Shown: positions 25,581-39,100 of the stretch, in pieces
How the letters are laid out: the number at the start of each line of letters is the position of its first letter
How positions within the stretch are numbered: the stretch's first letter is position 1
Assembly (NCBI GenBank): GCA_964016885.1
Contig: OZ024742.1
Coordinates: forward strand, 126,294,001 to 126,358,000
Source: Eledone cirrhosa
Lineage: Eukaryota
DNA: 64,000 bases
Reading direction: 5' to 3'
Made by a program: the position numbers and the translations under genes
The notes under the pieces: generated by a model
Database searches by the model: none
What the model saw: the letters and a program-made list of their open reading frames with translations, nothing else
What the model was told of the DNA's origin: nothing

Positions 25581-26102
25581 TAGGCAGACCGAGAAAAACC
25601 TGGGACGACTTGATAAATTCCGACCTCACACACTTACACCTCTCCAAGACAATGTCACTGGACCGAGATCTTTGGCACTACACAGTCATACAGAAGACCC
25701 GCCTTGCCTAAGTACAAAGCGAAACCTACAGTCAGTAGGCACCTAACAAAATACACCCCCATCCCACTACCCCCACCCCATCCACACCACCCCCTTAAAT
25801 GTGAAGTTATGTTGGTACCACAATATCCAGTCCAAAACAAATGAGGTCGTATAGGTGTCACGACAAAAAAACACAGTCCACGCTGTAATGTGGCCGTGTA
25901 GGTAACACGGTAAATACCTCCCAGTCTACACTGTAAACGTGGTTGGTGTTAGGAAGGGCATCCAGCCGTAAAAAACCTGCCAGACAGTTCTATACGAGCA
26001 GGACAACAAATCTTGCCTCAAGTGGGAAAACTCCCGTCCAAACCCATGCAACCGTGCAAGATGGACGTTAAACGATGATGGTGATGATGATGATGATGAT
26101 GA
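25581..26102 (+). mobile_element. RTE 3' end fragment
   Basis: GRPRKTWDDLINSDLTHL, 3' UTR and (GAT)n tail. Confidence 0.85.
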
Positions 26103-26624
26103 GTGTGTTTTGTGTATATACATATACACTTTTCCCTCATAAAATCATGTTGGTTAAAAGGAAGCGGATGAGGTGTTTACAACTCATCCGCTTCCTTTCT
26201 CCACAGTGTTTTTTCTCTTTCATAATTCCCCCCCCCCCCCCCCCAAAAATTGTTTTCCTCCATCATTCTCAACTCGTTTTACTTCTCCCCCCCCCTCTAT
26301 ACTTCTCTCATTTCTCATCATATGTTTTAGACTCTTCTTCTTTCATTCTCTCCCTCTCACTCCCTTCTCCGACAATCCTTCCACTCATATAAGGTTATAT
26401 TTTAATCTAACGTTTTGTTATGTTTAATATCAGTTGGTTGCTTTACAGCTACTTCCGCATTTGATATTTCTACAATTTTATGAAAAAAATGTATATGTAT
26501 CCATGCTAGCATAGAAAATGGACGTCAAACGATAATGATGATGATGACATATATATGTATGTAAAAGTTAAACAGAAATAAAAACACAATCGGTGCAGTA
26601 TATGGAAGGAATATATATAGTAAC

Positions 26625-27443
26625 AGGATACTAGCTCCTTCCATTGCCTAGATGGTTCTATAGAAATAGTGGACATCTTCCGTTACCTGGGTGACAAAAT
26701 CAGCAGTGGTGGAGGGTACTCTGAAAGTACAGTAGCTAGAGTCAGAACGGCATGGAAAAAGTTCAGAGAGCTTATACCGCTAAAGGTTTCTCCCTAAAAA
26801 TGAAAGGCAGACTGTATGATGCCTGCATACGAACAGCAATGTTACATGGCAGTGAGACATGGGCATTATGTGCAGAGGACCTGCGCAGACTGGAAAGGAA
26901 CGAAGCATGCATGCTCCGTTGGATGTGTAATAGTAATATATGTGAACGGCAAAGCATAAATGAACTAATTGAGAAATTAGGAATAAGAGGGATCAGATGC
27001 TGTTTACTTGAGAGAAGACTACGTTGGTATGGTCACATGATGCGCATGAAAGACGACAGCTGTATAAAAAAAATGCAGGGCGATCAAAATAGATGGTAGC
27101 TACGGAGTAGGCAGACCCAGAAAAACCTGGGACGATTTGATAAATTCCGACCTTACACACTTACACATCTGCAAGACAATGTCACTGGACTAAGATCTTT
27201 GGCGCTACGCAGTAATACAGAAGACCCGCCTTGCGTAAGTACAAAGCGAAACCTAGTCAGTAGGCACCTCTTAACCAAAAATACACAGCCTACACTGTAA
27301 ATTTGGTTGGTGTTAGGAAGGGCATCCAACCGTAGAAAAACTGCCAGACAGTCCTATATGAGTGAGACAACCAATCCTGCCTCACGTGGGACAATTCCCG
27401 TCTAAACCCATGCTAGCGTGGAAGATAGACGTTAAACGATGAT
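26625..27443 (+). mobile_element. 5'-truncated RTE
   Basis: ORF 26752-27099 (LYDACIRTAMLHGSETW...RRLRWYGH) plus 3' UTR and tail. Confidence 0.9.
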
Positions 27444-29555
27444 TATATATATATATATATATGTATTAGATGACAAAAGGGTGGACTGGTGAAGTTCCCT
27501 TAAAATTTTATTCTTGCAAAAACACTATATATGACCAGGTTATGTAAAATCCTGGCAACATCATCAGGTGCATATTGCATAATTTGTTAATCAATAAAGG
27601 AATTACGGCAAACACAAACAGAGAAAATATTTGATTCGGAGATGTCCTATGAAATAGGTGTTATTGTTGCCATTGACCATCTCCAGTCGACCTCAGCTGT
27701 GATACAATGACTTCATAAAGAGAGACATGAAGACCCTTGATATCAACTCAGAGTCCTGAGAGGGCCCCACAGCTGACTAGACAAAATGGAGAAGAAACCT
27801 GAATCGTGTCAAAGGCATGACAACCTCCATAGTGTTGATGATTTACACGATAAACACCCACATGCTGTAAAGTGGTTGGTGATAGGAAGGGCACCAAGCT
27901 ATAGGAATCTTGCTAAACAAAGGGTTGGGAAACCCTTAGTTGTATCAAAGGCATGACAACCTTTCAGGTGAAAGACCAGCCCTGAGTGTAGTGTTAATAG
28001 TATTGGGAGAGAAAGGGATAATAATGATAACAATAATAGTAATAGGTGATGACAGAAGGATCAAATACCTTAGCTTCTCTTTTACAATTGGCCTGATGTA
28101 TCAGGTACAGGTTCAAGTGTCATAGTAACAGTTATTGAAGAGTGGGTTCTGGATAAATCACTTCACATCAAGGAAATTGGGATAAATACCGGCCCGATGA
28201 GCCTCTGGGCTTGAGACTTTGGACTTTAGATACATACCACCAATGCACACCCAACAGAGCATACATGCTTCATTCTTTTCCAGCAATCACACAAATGCTT
28301 TGCATTCAAAGCCCATGTATGGCTGCTATGCAGCATAGCCGTCTAAACACAAGCATCCTACAATCTGCTCTTCAAGCTGAGAGAGAGAGAAACCCTTTAT
28401 TGCCAGCTGAACATGTTCAACCTTATTGTCCATATGGTAACTATGCTTTCAGTACGTCCACCTCTACTACTAATAAGGTCACTTAAGTAGCAAAAGCCAT
28501 TTACTTCTTCTAGTGAACCTTCTAAACATTATTTCACATCCCCTTTCCAAACCCTCACCCCTGATACACCTCACCCTCCCAACCAATGCATACAAGCTTG
28601 AAAGCTGGACACGCTGTACATCTGATTTCCCACAATGCTATTACCATGACAAAAAGCACTAAGTCCACCCTGTATGCTGATCTAGTGCCACAACAACAAG
28701 CTGGCTGTTTTGGTGCCACGATAAAAAGCACCCAGTTCACACAGTAACATGGTTGGCATTAGGAAGAGCATTCATCTGTAGAAAGCAAGCCAAGATACAG
28801 ATCCATATGAGCATAGTGTTGTCTCCAAACCTGACTTGTCTCATAACGTGACAACTGGTCTAACCAATGCAAGCATGGAAAATGAACATTAAATGATGAT
28901 GATGTTAGTGTTGACTACTCCCTTGACATGTCACATGCAAGGTCTACTTTCTCTGTCAGATTTTCTGTGATCTTGCTACACTTAGTATGTGTCCATTGTA
29001 CACACTGGGTACATCATATGAAGTTTCTATCTATTCCTTTTTGGCATATTGAAAATGACCATTTACCTGATAGAAGCAGAGTTTTATTTTCAAAGACTTT
29101 ATAAGCCATTCATCTATCTCTAGCTTCTATAGCAACCGTCGAATTACCAATATACAGAGTATGCAACTCTTTCAAAGGCGCTTTCAAGGTAAAATAAATG
29201 CTAGATATAATGGTTTACACTTAGCTAAGTACTTCTTTCTCCTTCTTTCTCTATGTATGTGTGATTGTATATGTATGTGTAAAATTCTCAATTACTAGAA
29301 TAATTCCTCTGTGTCACCAACGAAAAACAAAACCCAACAGAATAACTACCAAGGAAATTTCTAAACCCATGCTAGCGTGAAAGATAGACATTAAACGATG
29401 ATGAGGATGAAATAGAGAGATAATTTCAAGAAAATAAGAATTAAGTTTATTTTTGTTTAGAGACAAGGGTCAATAATGGAGATGTTTCAATCTATTAAAT
29501 TTCATAACCCTGCTTTGCAACTCATGTAGATATTTATCTACATTATTAAGTACTT

Positions 29556-29915
29556 GGATTGGCAGTATCGGTAGGGGGTCGGACGCCATGCTTTCCAGCA
29601 TAGTTACGTCCCTTTACGATCTGAGTTCAAATCCCGCTGAGGTTGACTTTGCCTTTCATCCTTACGGGGTCGATAAAATAAAGTACCAGTAATGCACTGG
29701 GTAATTGCTGGCCTTGTGCCTAAAGTAGAAACAATTATTAAGTACTATACTTGGGTTGGATGCCATGCTTTCTAGCATAGTTACGTCCCTTTACGGTTTG
29801 AGTTCAAATCCCGTCGAGGTTAACTTTGCCTTTCATCCTTACGGGGTCGATAAAATAAAGTACCAGTAATGTACTGGGTAATTACTGGCCTTGTGCCAAA
29901 AGTAGAAACAATTAT
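29556..29915 (+). mobile_element. Two tandem SINE copies (same family as 9755-10045)
   Basis: Same core and tail. ATTATTAAGTACT is repeated three times around them. Confidence 0.88.
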
Positions 29916-31568
29916 TAAGTACTATATTTAAAAGTGCTGTAATATCAGAAAGATATCAGTTATAGCTATATATCTATATATTAACTATATAGTTATATAT
30001 CTATATATTATCAAGAGTTGGTTTGATAATAACACAAATATTTGAGTGAATCTTTACAACACACTCTATTCAAAACAAACATATGACAGCAAGCAGTGCT
30101 TCACTCAACATACTACAACTACTATCTTGTAAGCCTCTATGCCGAGTGTGGAGGCATCTGTTAAGTACCCAGTTAAAATTACAAATGCATAAGAAGCTAT
30201 TGGTGTGTATGTGTGGTAAGAAAAATTTTACAAATTCAGCAGTAGACCATATATTAAATTACTGTCTTTATTTGAAAATTTGGCCTATTATTTTTTCTGG
30301 GTGAAATTATGTTCACGTGGAAGAGTTGCTCTATGTGGTTGCTTGGCCTGCTAGAAATAGCAACAAAATCCCCCTCAAACCACCCTCTGCTGTCTCAAAA
30401 ATCGGATTATATAGTGATAAACTCCTTTTAAAGGACAGGAGAGTCACAGTTAGAGAACCTTTGATCATAGTTCTGCTGGATCAAGACTCACTTAGAACTA
30501 AACAATAACAACTGATATTGAGATGAGCCAATGTGGGAGCTGCTATGGAGTAGCAAAAAACAGCAGCAAAATCTCCCTCTAATCACAACCTAATCTTAAG
30601 CAAAACACATTGGATAATTTAATCCTTAACCCTTTAGAATTTAAACAGGCCATATCCGGCCAGAATTCTCTCACCCCTTTCTATTCAAACTGGTTGTAAC
30701 TGGCCACTCATACCGATGTTAATGTATTGTTCTTAAAATAAATATCAAAATCTCATAGACTCGATATGTGAGATAATTATATGAAAAAAGCCTTTCCATT
30801 GATCTTAAAAGTGTTTGTTCATGACTAATTTGGGACTAAATTACAAAAACAATCAATATTAAGACACGTAGCCATAGCCAAATTTCCTCAAATCACACCC
30901 TACTTTCTTAAAGTAATAGGACACAGAATAATGTAGTCCTCGACACATTTAGTCAGAAAATATATAAGATGGAAGTGTTTGTGTCATAAATCAGTTTGAT
31001 GATGGCTGACCTGGACTTCTTCTTCTTGAGTCGTCCCTCCATTGCAGGTGAAGCAAAATGACCTGGACCAAACAAAACGAAAAACTGAAAATTCTAGCTT
31101 TTTCTTAAAAAATAGTTTTGTTGTTGTTTAACCCCCAGATTAACCTTTATCAAGCAAACCTATGATCAAAAGCATTTCAGCTTTGGTTATTCAAGATGGA
31201 TTAAGGATTGGGTGGTCATTTTTAGCAGATCAAACAATCACATGGAAACATCCCAATTCACTCAAAACCCGTTTGGTCAGTTTTTATTGAGTAAATTCTT
31301 CTGCATTATAGATAGAAAGAAACCTGAAACCATAAAAACAGCATATCGGTGTGTATCCCAGGTTTCAGAATAAGTACATTGTATGCCTGAATGTTATAAG
31401 ATGTGACTAAAACAATTGGTGTTAGGAAAAACATTTACTTCTTCAAAACATCCATCCAACCCATGCCAAGATGGAAAGGTAAACACAAAATTGATGACAA
31501 CTAACATCTTCAATGTTTTAAAGAATTGTTAACAACCAGTACCTATACCTCCAGATTCATAGAATTAA

Positions 31569-31790
31569 CCATTTAGCATTTAAAATGGCCATATCTGGCC
31601 AGAACTCTCTTACCTCATTCTGTTCAAACCAGCTGTAATCGGCTGCTCACACTAATGTTAAGGTATTGTTCTCAAAATAAATGGTATCAAAATCTCATAG
31701 ATTCGATATTATGTGGGATAATTCTGTGAGATGAAAGTTTACCAGGAAAATACAATAGTATATATATAAAATAATGTAAATGCTAAAGAG
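31569..31790. mobile_element. TTAA-flanked MITE
   Basis: ttaa CCATTTAGCATTTA ... TAAATGCTAAAGAG ttaa. Related partial copy at ~30630-30780. Confidence 0.7.
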
Positions 31791-32139
31791 TTAAGTAGAT
31801 CACAAACATATTTCATCCCACTTTAAGCAGGATAGTAATCAAACCTTTTGATACCAACCTGCCCAAAACTACTCCAGTTTCTATGAAACAAACCCACCAA
31901 TTTTAAAGTGTTGCTACTTAAATTAAAATCTTCCAACATATTTTGATATAAGAACCTTTGCTAGATATTAAACGATGATGGCAATGATGATGATGATGGT
32001 GGTGGTGGTGGTGGTGATGTAGACGAGGATGAAGAACTTTCTATTAACTTATGTTACAAATATCATCTTACTAGTAAATCCCTCTAAATTTTTCATTAAT
32101 TAATTCTCTAGTGTGGAAATCTAGACTTCCAGACAACAT

Positions 32140-32560
32140 GAAAAGAAGCCTCTTTCAAGCAACTGTTACTTCTGTTCTATTGTATAGCTGCTCAATATGG
32201 ACCCTTACCTCAAAACTGGAAAAAGAAGATTAGATGGAGCTTATACTCACATGCTAAGAGTGGCTCTGAATATCACTTGGAGAGATCGTTAGAATAATGA
32301 GAAACTATATGGGAACCTTCATCCAGTATCAGACATCAACAAAGAGCATAAAGTCGGATTCACAGGGCATTGCTGAGCTAAAGACAAAATTGTGAGAGGA
32401 GTTCTTTTGTGGAAGCCTATACAAAGAAGAGCTAGCAGAGGACAACAAGCCAAGACCTATATCAAGCAGATTTATGATGATATAAACAGCAGTCCTTCTG
32501 TCCTGCTGAATATGATGAACAATGAATGACAACAGAGATTCAAGGGAGTTCATGCAAGCA
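32140..32560 (+). mobile_element. Decayed RTE-X-like LINE 3' fragment
   Basis: Conceptual translation with frameshifts gives WTLT...RLDGAYTHMLRVALNITW. Similar pieces at ~36060-36320 and ~49270-49690. Confidence 0.6.
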
Positions 32561-33387
32561 GTGTTACCTATTAATTGATTGTATATCATTAGAAATCTGA
32601 TTACAAAAAGGTTAAAAGAGGAATAGGGATTGTGTTAAATGCCAGGAGATTGTGTTAAATGCCAAGGATTGGCATTAACCTGGTCTACCTAAGAACGTGA
32701 ATAATTCATTCCAGTAAGCTTCAACATAGTTTTAAGAACGTATATCAAATATCACATTCAAGAATTTGGCTGATCCCAGACTATAGTGAAAATACTTGCC
32801 GAAAGTGTTGGGTAGTGAGATCAAACCTAAAACTAGGTAGTTTGCAAAGTGAACTTCTCAACCATACTGCCACCATACATGAACTTGTGAAAACACATCA
32901 CTAAACCTGCACCTATGACTACACAGTCATTCTTATAGCCTGAGGATCTAATAAATATTCTTGGAGAGTTAGAGGGAATAAATTTTAATGAAAATCTTTG
33001 AGTTGATAGTTCAATATCATACACACTCAGTTATTTTCTCCTAACACATTTTCAAGTTATTCTCAATAATGATTCTTACATATATGAGAAGTTATTGTTT
33101 AGATCCAGATCAGATTTTATTGATCAGACATATGAACAAAAGCATTCCAGCCATCATGATCATATCTATTTTTTCTTTTCAGGTAATATACATTTTTTCT
33201 AGATGGATATTTTCTACATGTACCCTTAACATAATTCTCAAGGATATACAACATGACATGTGTTCCAGTTGTCTGGTTAACAGAGCAGCCTCCTCATGAA
33301 ATTAGTAAGTGGCTGAGTATTCCAGAGACATGTGTATCATCATCATCATCGTTTAACGTCTATCTTCCACGCTAGCATGGGTTAGAC

Positions 33388-33465
33388 AAAAAAATATGGA
33401 ACACTTCACGAATTTGCGTGACATCCTTGCGCAGGGGCCATGCTAATCTACTCTGTATTGTTCCA
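33388..33465 (-). pseudogene. U6: 5'-truncated U6 snRNA retrocopy
   Basis: Minus strand reads TGGAACAATACAGAGTAGATTAGCATGGCCCCTGCGCAAGGATGTCACGCAAATTCGTGAAGTGTTCCATATTTTT, the conserved 3' ~75 nt of U6 with a few substitutions. Confidence 0.95.
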
Positions 33466-33834
33466 TGCAGAGAGGGATTGAAACTGGAATCTCATGAATG
33501 TGAGGCAAACGCAGGACCAAACTTTCACTTCCTGAGTCCCTAAGGTATAAGAAATTTTAGGCCCTTCTCTATTATTTTTTATATTAACGTTAATGATTTA
33601 TATATATATATATATATCATCATCTTCGTTTAACGTCCATTTTCCACGCTAGCATGGGTTTATACAATAGAATTAGGATTTAGCTTCAAGCATAGCTGTA
33701 TACAGATATGTATTGGAATTTCATATTTCTAAAGAAATACGGTATGTTTATAGATAAACATTTAGAAAGCTGTAGCTATGCAAAACACGAGGGCTACCGC
33801 CATCTGGCGGTGTCCAGCAGAAGCAAAGGCGACA

Positions 33835-33878
33835 ATTGTCGATGCATTTCGAACTTAACTGGTTCTCATCAGGATGAT
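33835..33878 (-). ncRNA. Minimal type-I hammerhead ribozyme motif
   Basis: atcatc-CTGATGA-gaac cagttaa gttc-GAAA-tgca-TC-gacaat. Intact core, perfect stem II, palindromic stem III. Stem I has two mismatches. Confidence 0.75.
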
Positions 33879-34225
33879 CCCTCCCACTCTTGTAACTGCT
33901 GGACTTGAAAACAGATGAGAATATATAGTTTTCTTGTCTGTGTAAATGAGGCGATTAATCTCATTTGCATATGAAGCTGCATAAGTTGGCTCAACTTATA
34001 ATAGAATAGAATTAGAATTTAGCTTCATGCATAGCTGAATACAGATATTTTTTGATGATCTAATGTTAAAGAATAAAAACTAATGATAGAATAAAATTTT
34101 TTTTTTTTTATTAAGCCCCCAGAAGGTGTATGGCCCTAAGCTATAGCTTATTTAGCTTATAGGTAAGTCCAGCGCTGGGCAAACTTCTTAACCATTCAAC
34201 AATGCTTGTGTAAAAAAAAATAAAT

Positions 34226-34405
34226 AATAATTGTTTCTACTTTTGGCACAAGGCCAGCAATTAACCAGTGCATTACTGGTACTTTATTTTATCGACCCTG
34301 CAAGGAGGAAAGGCAAAGTTAACCTCGGCGGGATTTGAACTCAGAATGGAAAGGCCCGTAACTCTATGCTGCAAAGCATGGTGTCCGACCCTCTACCGAT
34401 ACTGT
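34226..34405 (-). mobile_element. SINE (family of 9755-10045)
   Basis: Reverse complement of the head, core and tail. Confidence 0.85.
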
Positions 34406-35149
34406 CAATTCCCCCCCCCCCCCCAAAAAAAAATAAGGATTATAAAAAAATTATCTCATATTGTTACAATAACAAAATCTACTGTATTACATTATTGTTA
34501 CTTATTTTATTGAATATAGGGAACTTAGAGATGAAACTATTCAGTGGGTTTGAACTTAGAGATCAAACTATCAGGGATTTAGAGAGGAAACTACTAGATG
34601 TTTAGTCAAGTAATTAAGAGAGGGCTAACATATGTAGTGAACTAATGAATATTGATTAATTAAATTTATATTCGTAATGAGGAGAAAACAATCAGCTGTT
34701 TAAAAGAGAGGGAGTAAAAGGGGGAGAGAGGGTGAGGGTGAGTCAGAGAGAGAGAGAATGGGAATACAGAGGGAGTGAAAGTTGTGAGAGAGGGAAAGAG
34801 AGAGAGGTTGATGGAAGAGGAATTTATCTCAGTATTTAATTAATTCTATATTTTATTGAGTCCAGTAAGCATGAAAAGCAAAACTGATCTTGACGATATT
34901 TGAACCGAGAACGATCCTGCCTGACAGGGGGCCACAATTATGTAAGGGGGGTGGATCGGGGTGTAGTTGGTTAAATAGATCCTTATATAATGAACAGTAA
35001 TTTTACTGATCCTCACCACTCCGCAAAATGATGAAAACAGTCGACCGTAACGAGTTTGAACTTAGAACTTTTGAGACGTCACAAAACATTAGGCAACGCA
35101 TTTATTTCGCCGGTACTCTACTGTTTCAATTTTGGATAAAAATAAAAGA

Positions 35150-35340
35150 AACATGGAGACTTCTAGTGTCCTTAGCCCTAGGACCACCTTCCTACTCACC
35201 ACCATCGGCATGGAGTTGGCTACCTGTAGTTGTGAGCTTCGCGAGCTGGAATGGCTCTTCCAGCGCGTCTCCCTCACCACCCTCCGAGGAAACGCCTTCT
35301 CTATTTTGTCCGCCGGGCGGTCAGCGTGTGGGTCCACATA
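35150..35340 (+). mobile_element. CRE-like LINE 3' fragment
   Basis: ETSSVLSPRT...ELEWLFQRVSLTTLRGNA. Confidence 0.75.
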
Positions 35341-35447
35341 TGCTTATAATAGTGACAGTGAGAGAGCGGGAGAGACGGAGGCAGTGACAGTCGGACCTGA
35401 TGTATATGTATATATTTATTTACCACACCACATATATATATATAGAG

Positions 35448-35712
35448 GTACGTAGCCTAGTGGTAAGGGTATTGGACTTACATGGGTTCGAGTCCTGGGT
35501 TGCGTGTTGTGTTCTTGAGCAAAACACTTCATTTCACGTTGCCCCAGTATTCTCAGCTGAAAATGAGTACCAGCAATATCTGGAGGTTTAACCCTGCGAT
35601 GGACTGGCGTCCTGTCCAGGAGGAAGTCTTGTACTCGCAGTCGCTTCATGCCATGAAACCAGGATAAGCACCTGCCAAATGAGCCTTCTGGCTTAAGACA
35701 GACTTTAGACTT
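35448..35712 (+). mobile_element. tRNA-derived SINE with V-domain-like core
   Basis: A-box TAGCCTAGTGG, B-box GGTTCGAGTCC, and CCTGCGATGGACTGGCGTCCTGTCCAGG, which resembles the V-SINE domain. Confidence 0.8.
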
Positions 35713-35726
35713 TTTATAAATATATA

Positions 35727-35891
35727 TAGTGTCGGATTTAGGACAAATGAGGCCCTGTGCTAGTTATGATATGAGGCCCATTACTTGGGCCCCTTAGAAG
35801 AATGAAAACATTTGTTGGCAGGAAGATGTCCCCCTCCCCACTGCGGCCAACGGGGGCCCTGTGCTTAAGCACAATGGTAAATCTGGCACTG
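35727..35891. mobile_element. hAT-like MITE
   Basis: Imperfect TIRs TAGTGTCGGATTTA / TAAATCTGGCACTG with TATATA flanks. Confidence 0.65.
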
Positions 35892-36407
35892 TATATAGTC
35901 ATACATATATACACACGTGATTTTATTAAGAATTACATCTACTGTCTTCTTATCAATGAATACAATATCCAGTTTGTTGTGTTACATTCTCTTTTCAGAA
36001 TGCTAAGAATTATAAGAAAAGAAAAAAAACATGAAACCTCTTGACCTTACAAACAAAAATTCTCTACGGCAACTTCCCACCTGTTAGCCATACCATCCGT
36101 ATAAAGTGTCTTCAATTTGCAGGGCATGTCATGAGAGGTAAACGAACTTGCAACAAAACTTTTTTTATGGAAGCCCACTAATGTGAAGTGCAAATGTAGA
36201 AGACCTCTCAAGACATTAAAAAGAGTGATTGAGGAAGATATAGAATTATCCGTTGAAAAACTGAGCCAGTTAATGCTTGATTGAGTGAGATGGAAAGGTT
36301 TCATCTTGTTACCACAAAGTAGTGCATGAATTTAGTAGTAGTAGTTATTTATATTTCTTACGGAATGAAAATATACACGCAAATAATATATACCATACTT
36401 AATTACA

Positions 36408-36752
36408 TTAGTGGTTAGAGCGTCGGGCTTACAATCGCGAGGTTGTGAGTTCGATTTTCGGGCCGGGCTTTGCGTTGTGTTCTTGAGGAAGACACTTGAT
36501 TTCACGTTGCTCCAGTTTATTCAGCTGTAGAAATGAGTTGCGATGTCACTGGTGCCAAGCTATATCGACATTTGCCTTTGTCTTTCCCTTGGACAACATC
36601 AGTAAGCATAGAGAGGTGAAACTGGTATGCATTGGCAACTACTGGTCTTCCACAAACAACCTTGCCACGACTTGTGCTTGGGAGGGGAACTTTCTAGGTG
36701 CAAATCCCATGGTCATTAGTGACCGAAGGGAGTCTTTACTCTTTACCCTTAC
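36408..36752 (+). mobile_element. tRNA-derived SINE (third family)
   Basis: GTGGTTAGAGCG...GAGTTCGATT head. ACTTAATTACAT occurs on both flanks (TSD). Decayed minus-strand relative at ~7510-7770. Confidence 0.8.
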
Positions 36753-36849
36753 TTAATTACATAAATATTTCACATAAATATATAGTATTAAAACGAAAGA
36801 AAATATTAATTCAACACTGTGTATATCGGTCACATACAACAAGGAGTGC

Positions 36850-37300
36850 CAGAGCCTCCTTCTAATACGTTTTGAGGCAAGCCAACACGCTGGCAGCATT
36901 AGCGGATGTGATAGCGAGGCTAAGGCGCTGTAATGACCAAGCACCCTCACCAAGAGCAGCATCTGATACCTCGCTAATGCTCGGTGATAGTGAGGCTAAG
37001 GTGCTGGAACAACCAAGTAGTCCTACGGGCATCACTTGACACCTTGGTTACGCGAGCCGCCAATGATGACAAGAACTTTGTTGTCAGCGTCCCAGCCCCA
37101 CCACACCAAACGTCTAAAACTCCACTAGCTGGAAAAAAATAGTGTGCAGATAATTCCTGGTATTTTAGAATGTTATCCCGTTCGGCTACGGGAGCACTGA
37201 GCCTCACTTTTACCTCAGCATCCAAGATGTGGGAGGGAGCAAAGGGGTCACTAACTGTGACGTCCCAAATAAGACATCTACCCCTTACCAAGGGGCAAAG
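36850..37300 (-). mobile_element. CRE-like LINE 3' fragment
   Basis: RGRCLIWDVTVSDPFAPSH...WLFQHLSLTIT. Confidence 0.8.
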
Positions 37301-39100
37301 GTTTTGCAGACCTCCGAGACGGGTAGGGGAAAGGGTAGAAAGAAACTGTAAACCCTGTCCGAATGTTTACAATAGAAAGGATTCCATTAAAGATATTCGA
37401 TAAAAAAGCAAATGGAAAGTTGTTTTGACAGTGACGATGACATTGGTGATGAATTATTTTGGTTAGTCACAGTGTCAATTTTTATTGCAAAGATACGTGG
37501 TTATAGTTCATTATTTCAGACTATTACGTTCCTTTACGGACTGAGTTCAAATCCCGCCGAGGTTAACTTTGCCTTTCATCCTTATGGGGTCGATAAAATA
37601 AAGTACCAGTAATACACTGAAATAATTGCTGGCCTTGTGCCAAAAGTAGAAACAATTATTTCAGATTATTACAAGTATTTCTTTAAGGAAATCTGAATGA
37701 ATAAAATATAAAACCGAATAATAGATTGATTTTTAATATAGAAAGTAGAGAAGAGAAACGAAGGCTTTTAGACAAAAAAGTATGTTTGTTCCAATCAAAT
37801 GTAAACAAGTATAGTTGATATAGCACGCATCTATACACACACGCATGTGATAGCATCAGCGAAGTAAAGAGGAAAGACAAAAGATTTCTTCAATAAGAAC
37901 TTCTATTCGTGGTACAAAATAAAAACACAGATTTTGACCTGTGAAATATAACGCATGTTCACAAGCTGTCATATTTAAAATCTAACTAGAGATTATGAGC
38001 ATCAGAGGTCGTTTAATAAGGTCTTTCTCAACAATTCATCAGTTTGACTAGCAGTAAAAAAAACAACAATGTTTTAATTGGGGTGGATACAATAAAATAA
38101 TAAACTAGAAGGCCTCGAAACTCAACTAGTTGTTGACGTGAAGATGCAAGACTTCATCAAAAGTTCGCTTGGTTGTTATTTAGCCCAAGGTTAGTCCTGA
38201 TCAACTTGACCTATGATGAATAAAGACATTAAAGCTGCGATCATTCCATGAGATTTGAGGAAAATTTGGCTGCTATCTGTGGCAGGTGAAATGACTACAA
38301 GGAATATGATATAACTAAGGTGAATGTCTTTATATTTAATGACGACGGGTGACTCTAAAAGTAGGTATATGAAGCTGTGTAGTTATTGTGAAAGATATAT
38401 AATTAATTGCATTATAAGCTATAGGTGATAAGGTCTATTCCTATATACTTATATATATATATATATATATTCTTCTTATATATATATATATATATAAGGA
38501 GAATCTTGAGATCGTTAATTTAAGATTTACGCTAACGTAACTTTGAAAGTGAAACCCGTGAATTAATGGGTTTCTTTTTCAGAGTCAGCTTGTAATTATT
38601 ATTGGTTTCGTAGATTACACATAACTACATGGAAGTTACCGTAGTAGTAAAAGTGAAATGGATTTTCAAAAATAATCCCTTAAAGAACCACAGAGATTCA
38701 TTTCGTAATGTAGGAGAGAATTATAGTGGAGGAGAATCGTAAACAAACGAAACGAAAAATGAAGAAAACAAAATCTCGGTTGAAAAATTTAGTTTAGAAA
38801 TAAGAAAAAAAATTTGTCACTAACCATAAATAATTTTTTCGCATATCCAATGTCTGTGATTTTGGTAACTTTTCCATGCTTTAATGCAATGTGTGGTGTG
38901 ATGGAAAGCTTCGTATATTTGCTCGTGTCTGTAGTTGCGTGTTTACAATTGTTGCTGTGACTGAAGGAAGCGGTCGGGAGGTGGTTGAGTAAAGAGACAG
39001 TTAAACAACAACAGCAGCAGCAGCAGACCACCGAACAACCTTCTACAACCGCTGCCTCCACCTTTATATTAATAACTGCCATCACTACCATCATTATCAT

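Noticed and set aside
27500-27570. Minus-strand CTGATGA with a following stem as another hammerhead
   Set aside because: No GAAA or stem I partner at the right position.
30040-30170. Possible minus-strand exon after ttaacag
   Set aside because: No recognisable protein and no convincing donor.
33388-33465. Functional U6 gene
   Set aside because: The 5' ~30 nt are missing, there is a substitution in the ACAGAGA box, and it is fused to a LINE tail.
35448-35510. tRNA gene
   Set aside because: A and B boxes are present, but there is no full cloverleaf and it continues into a SINE body.
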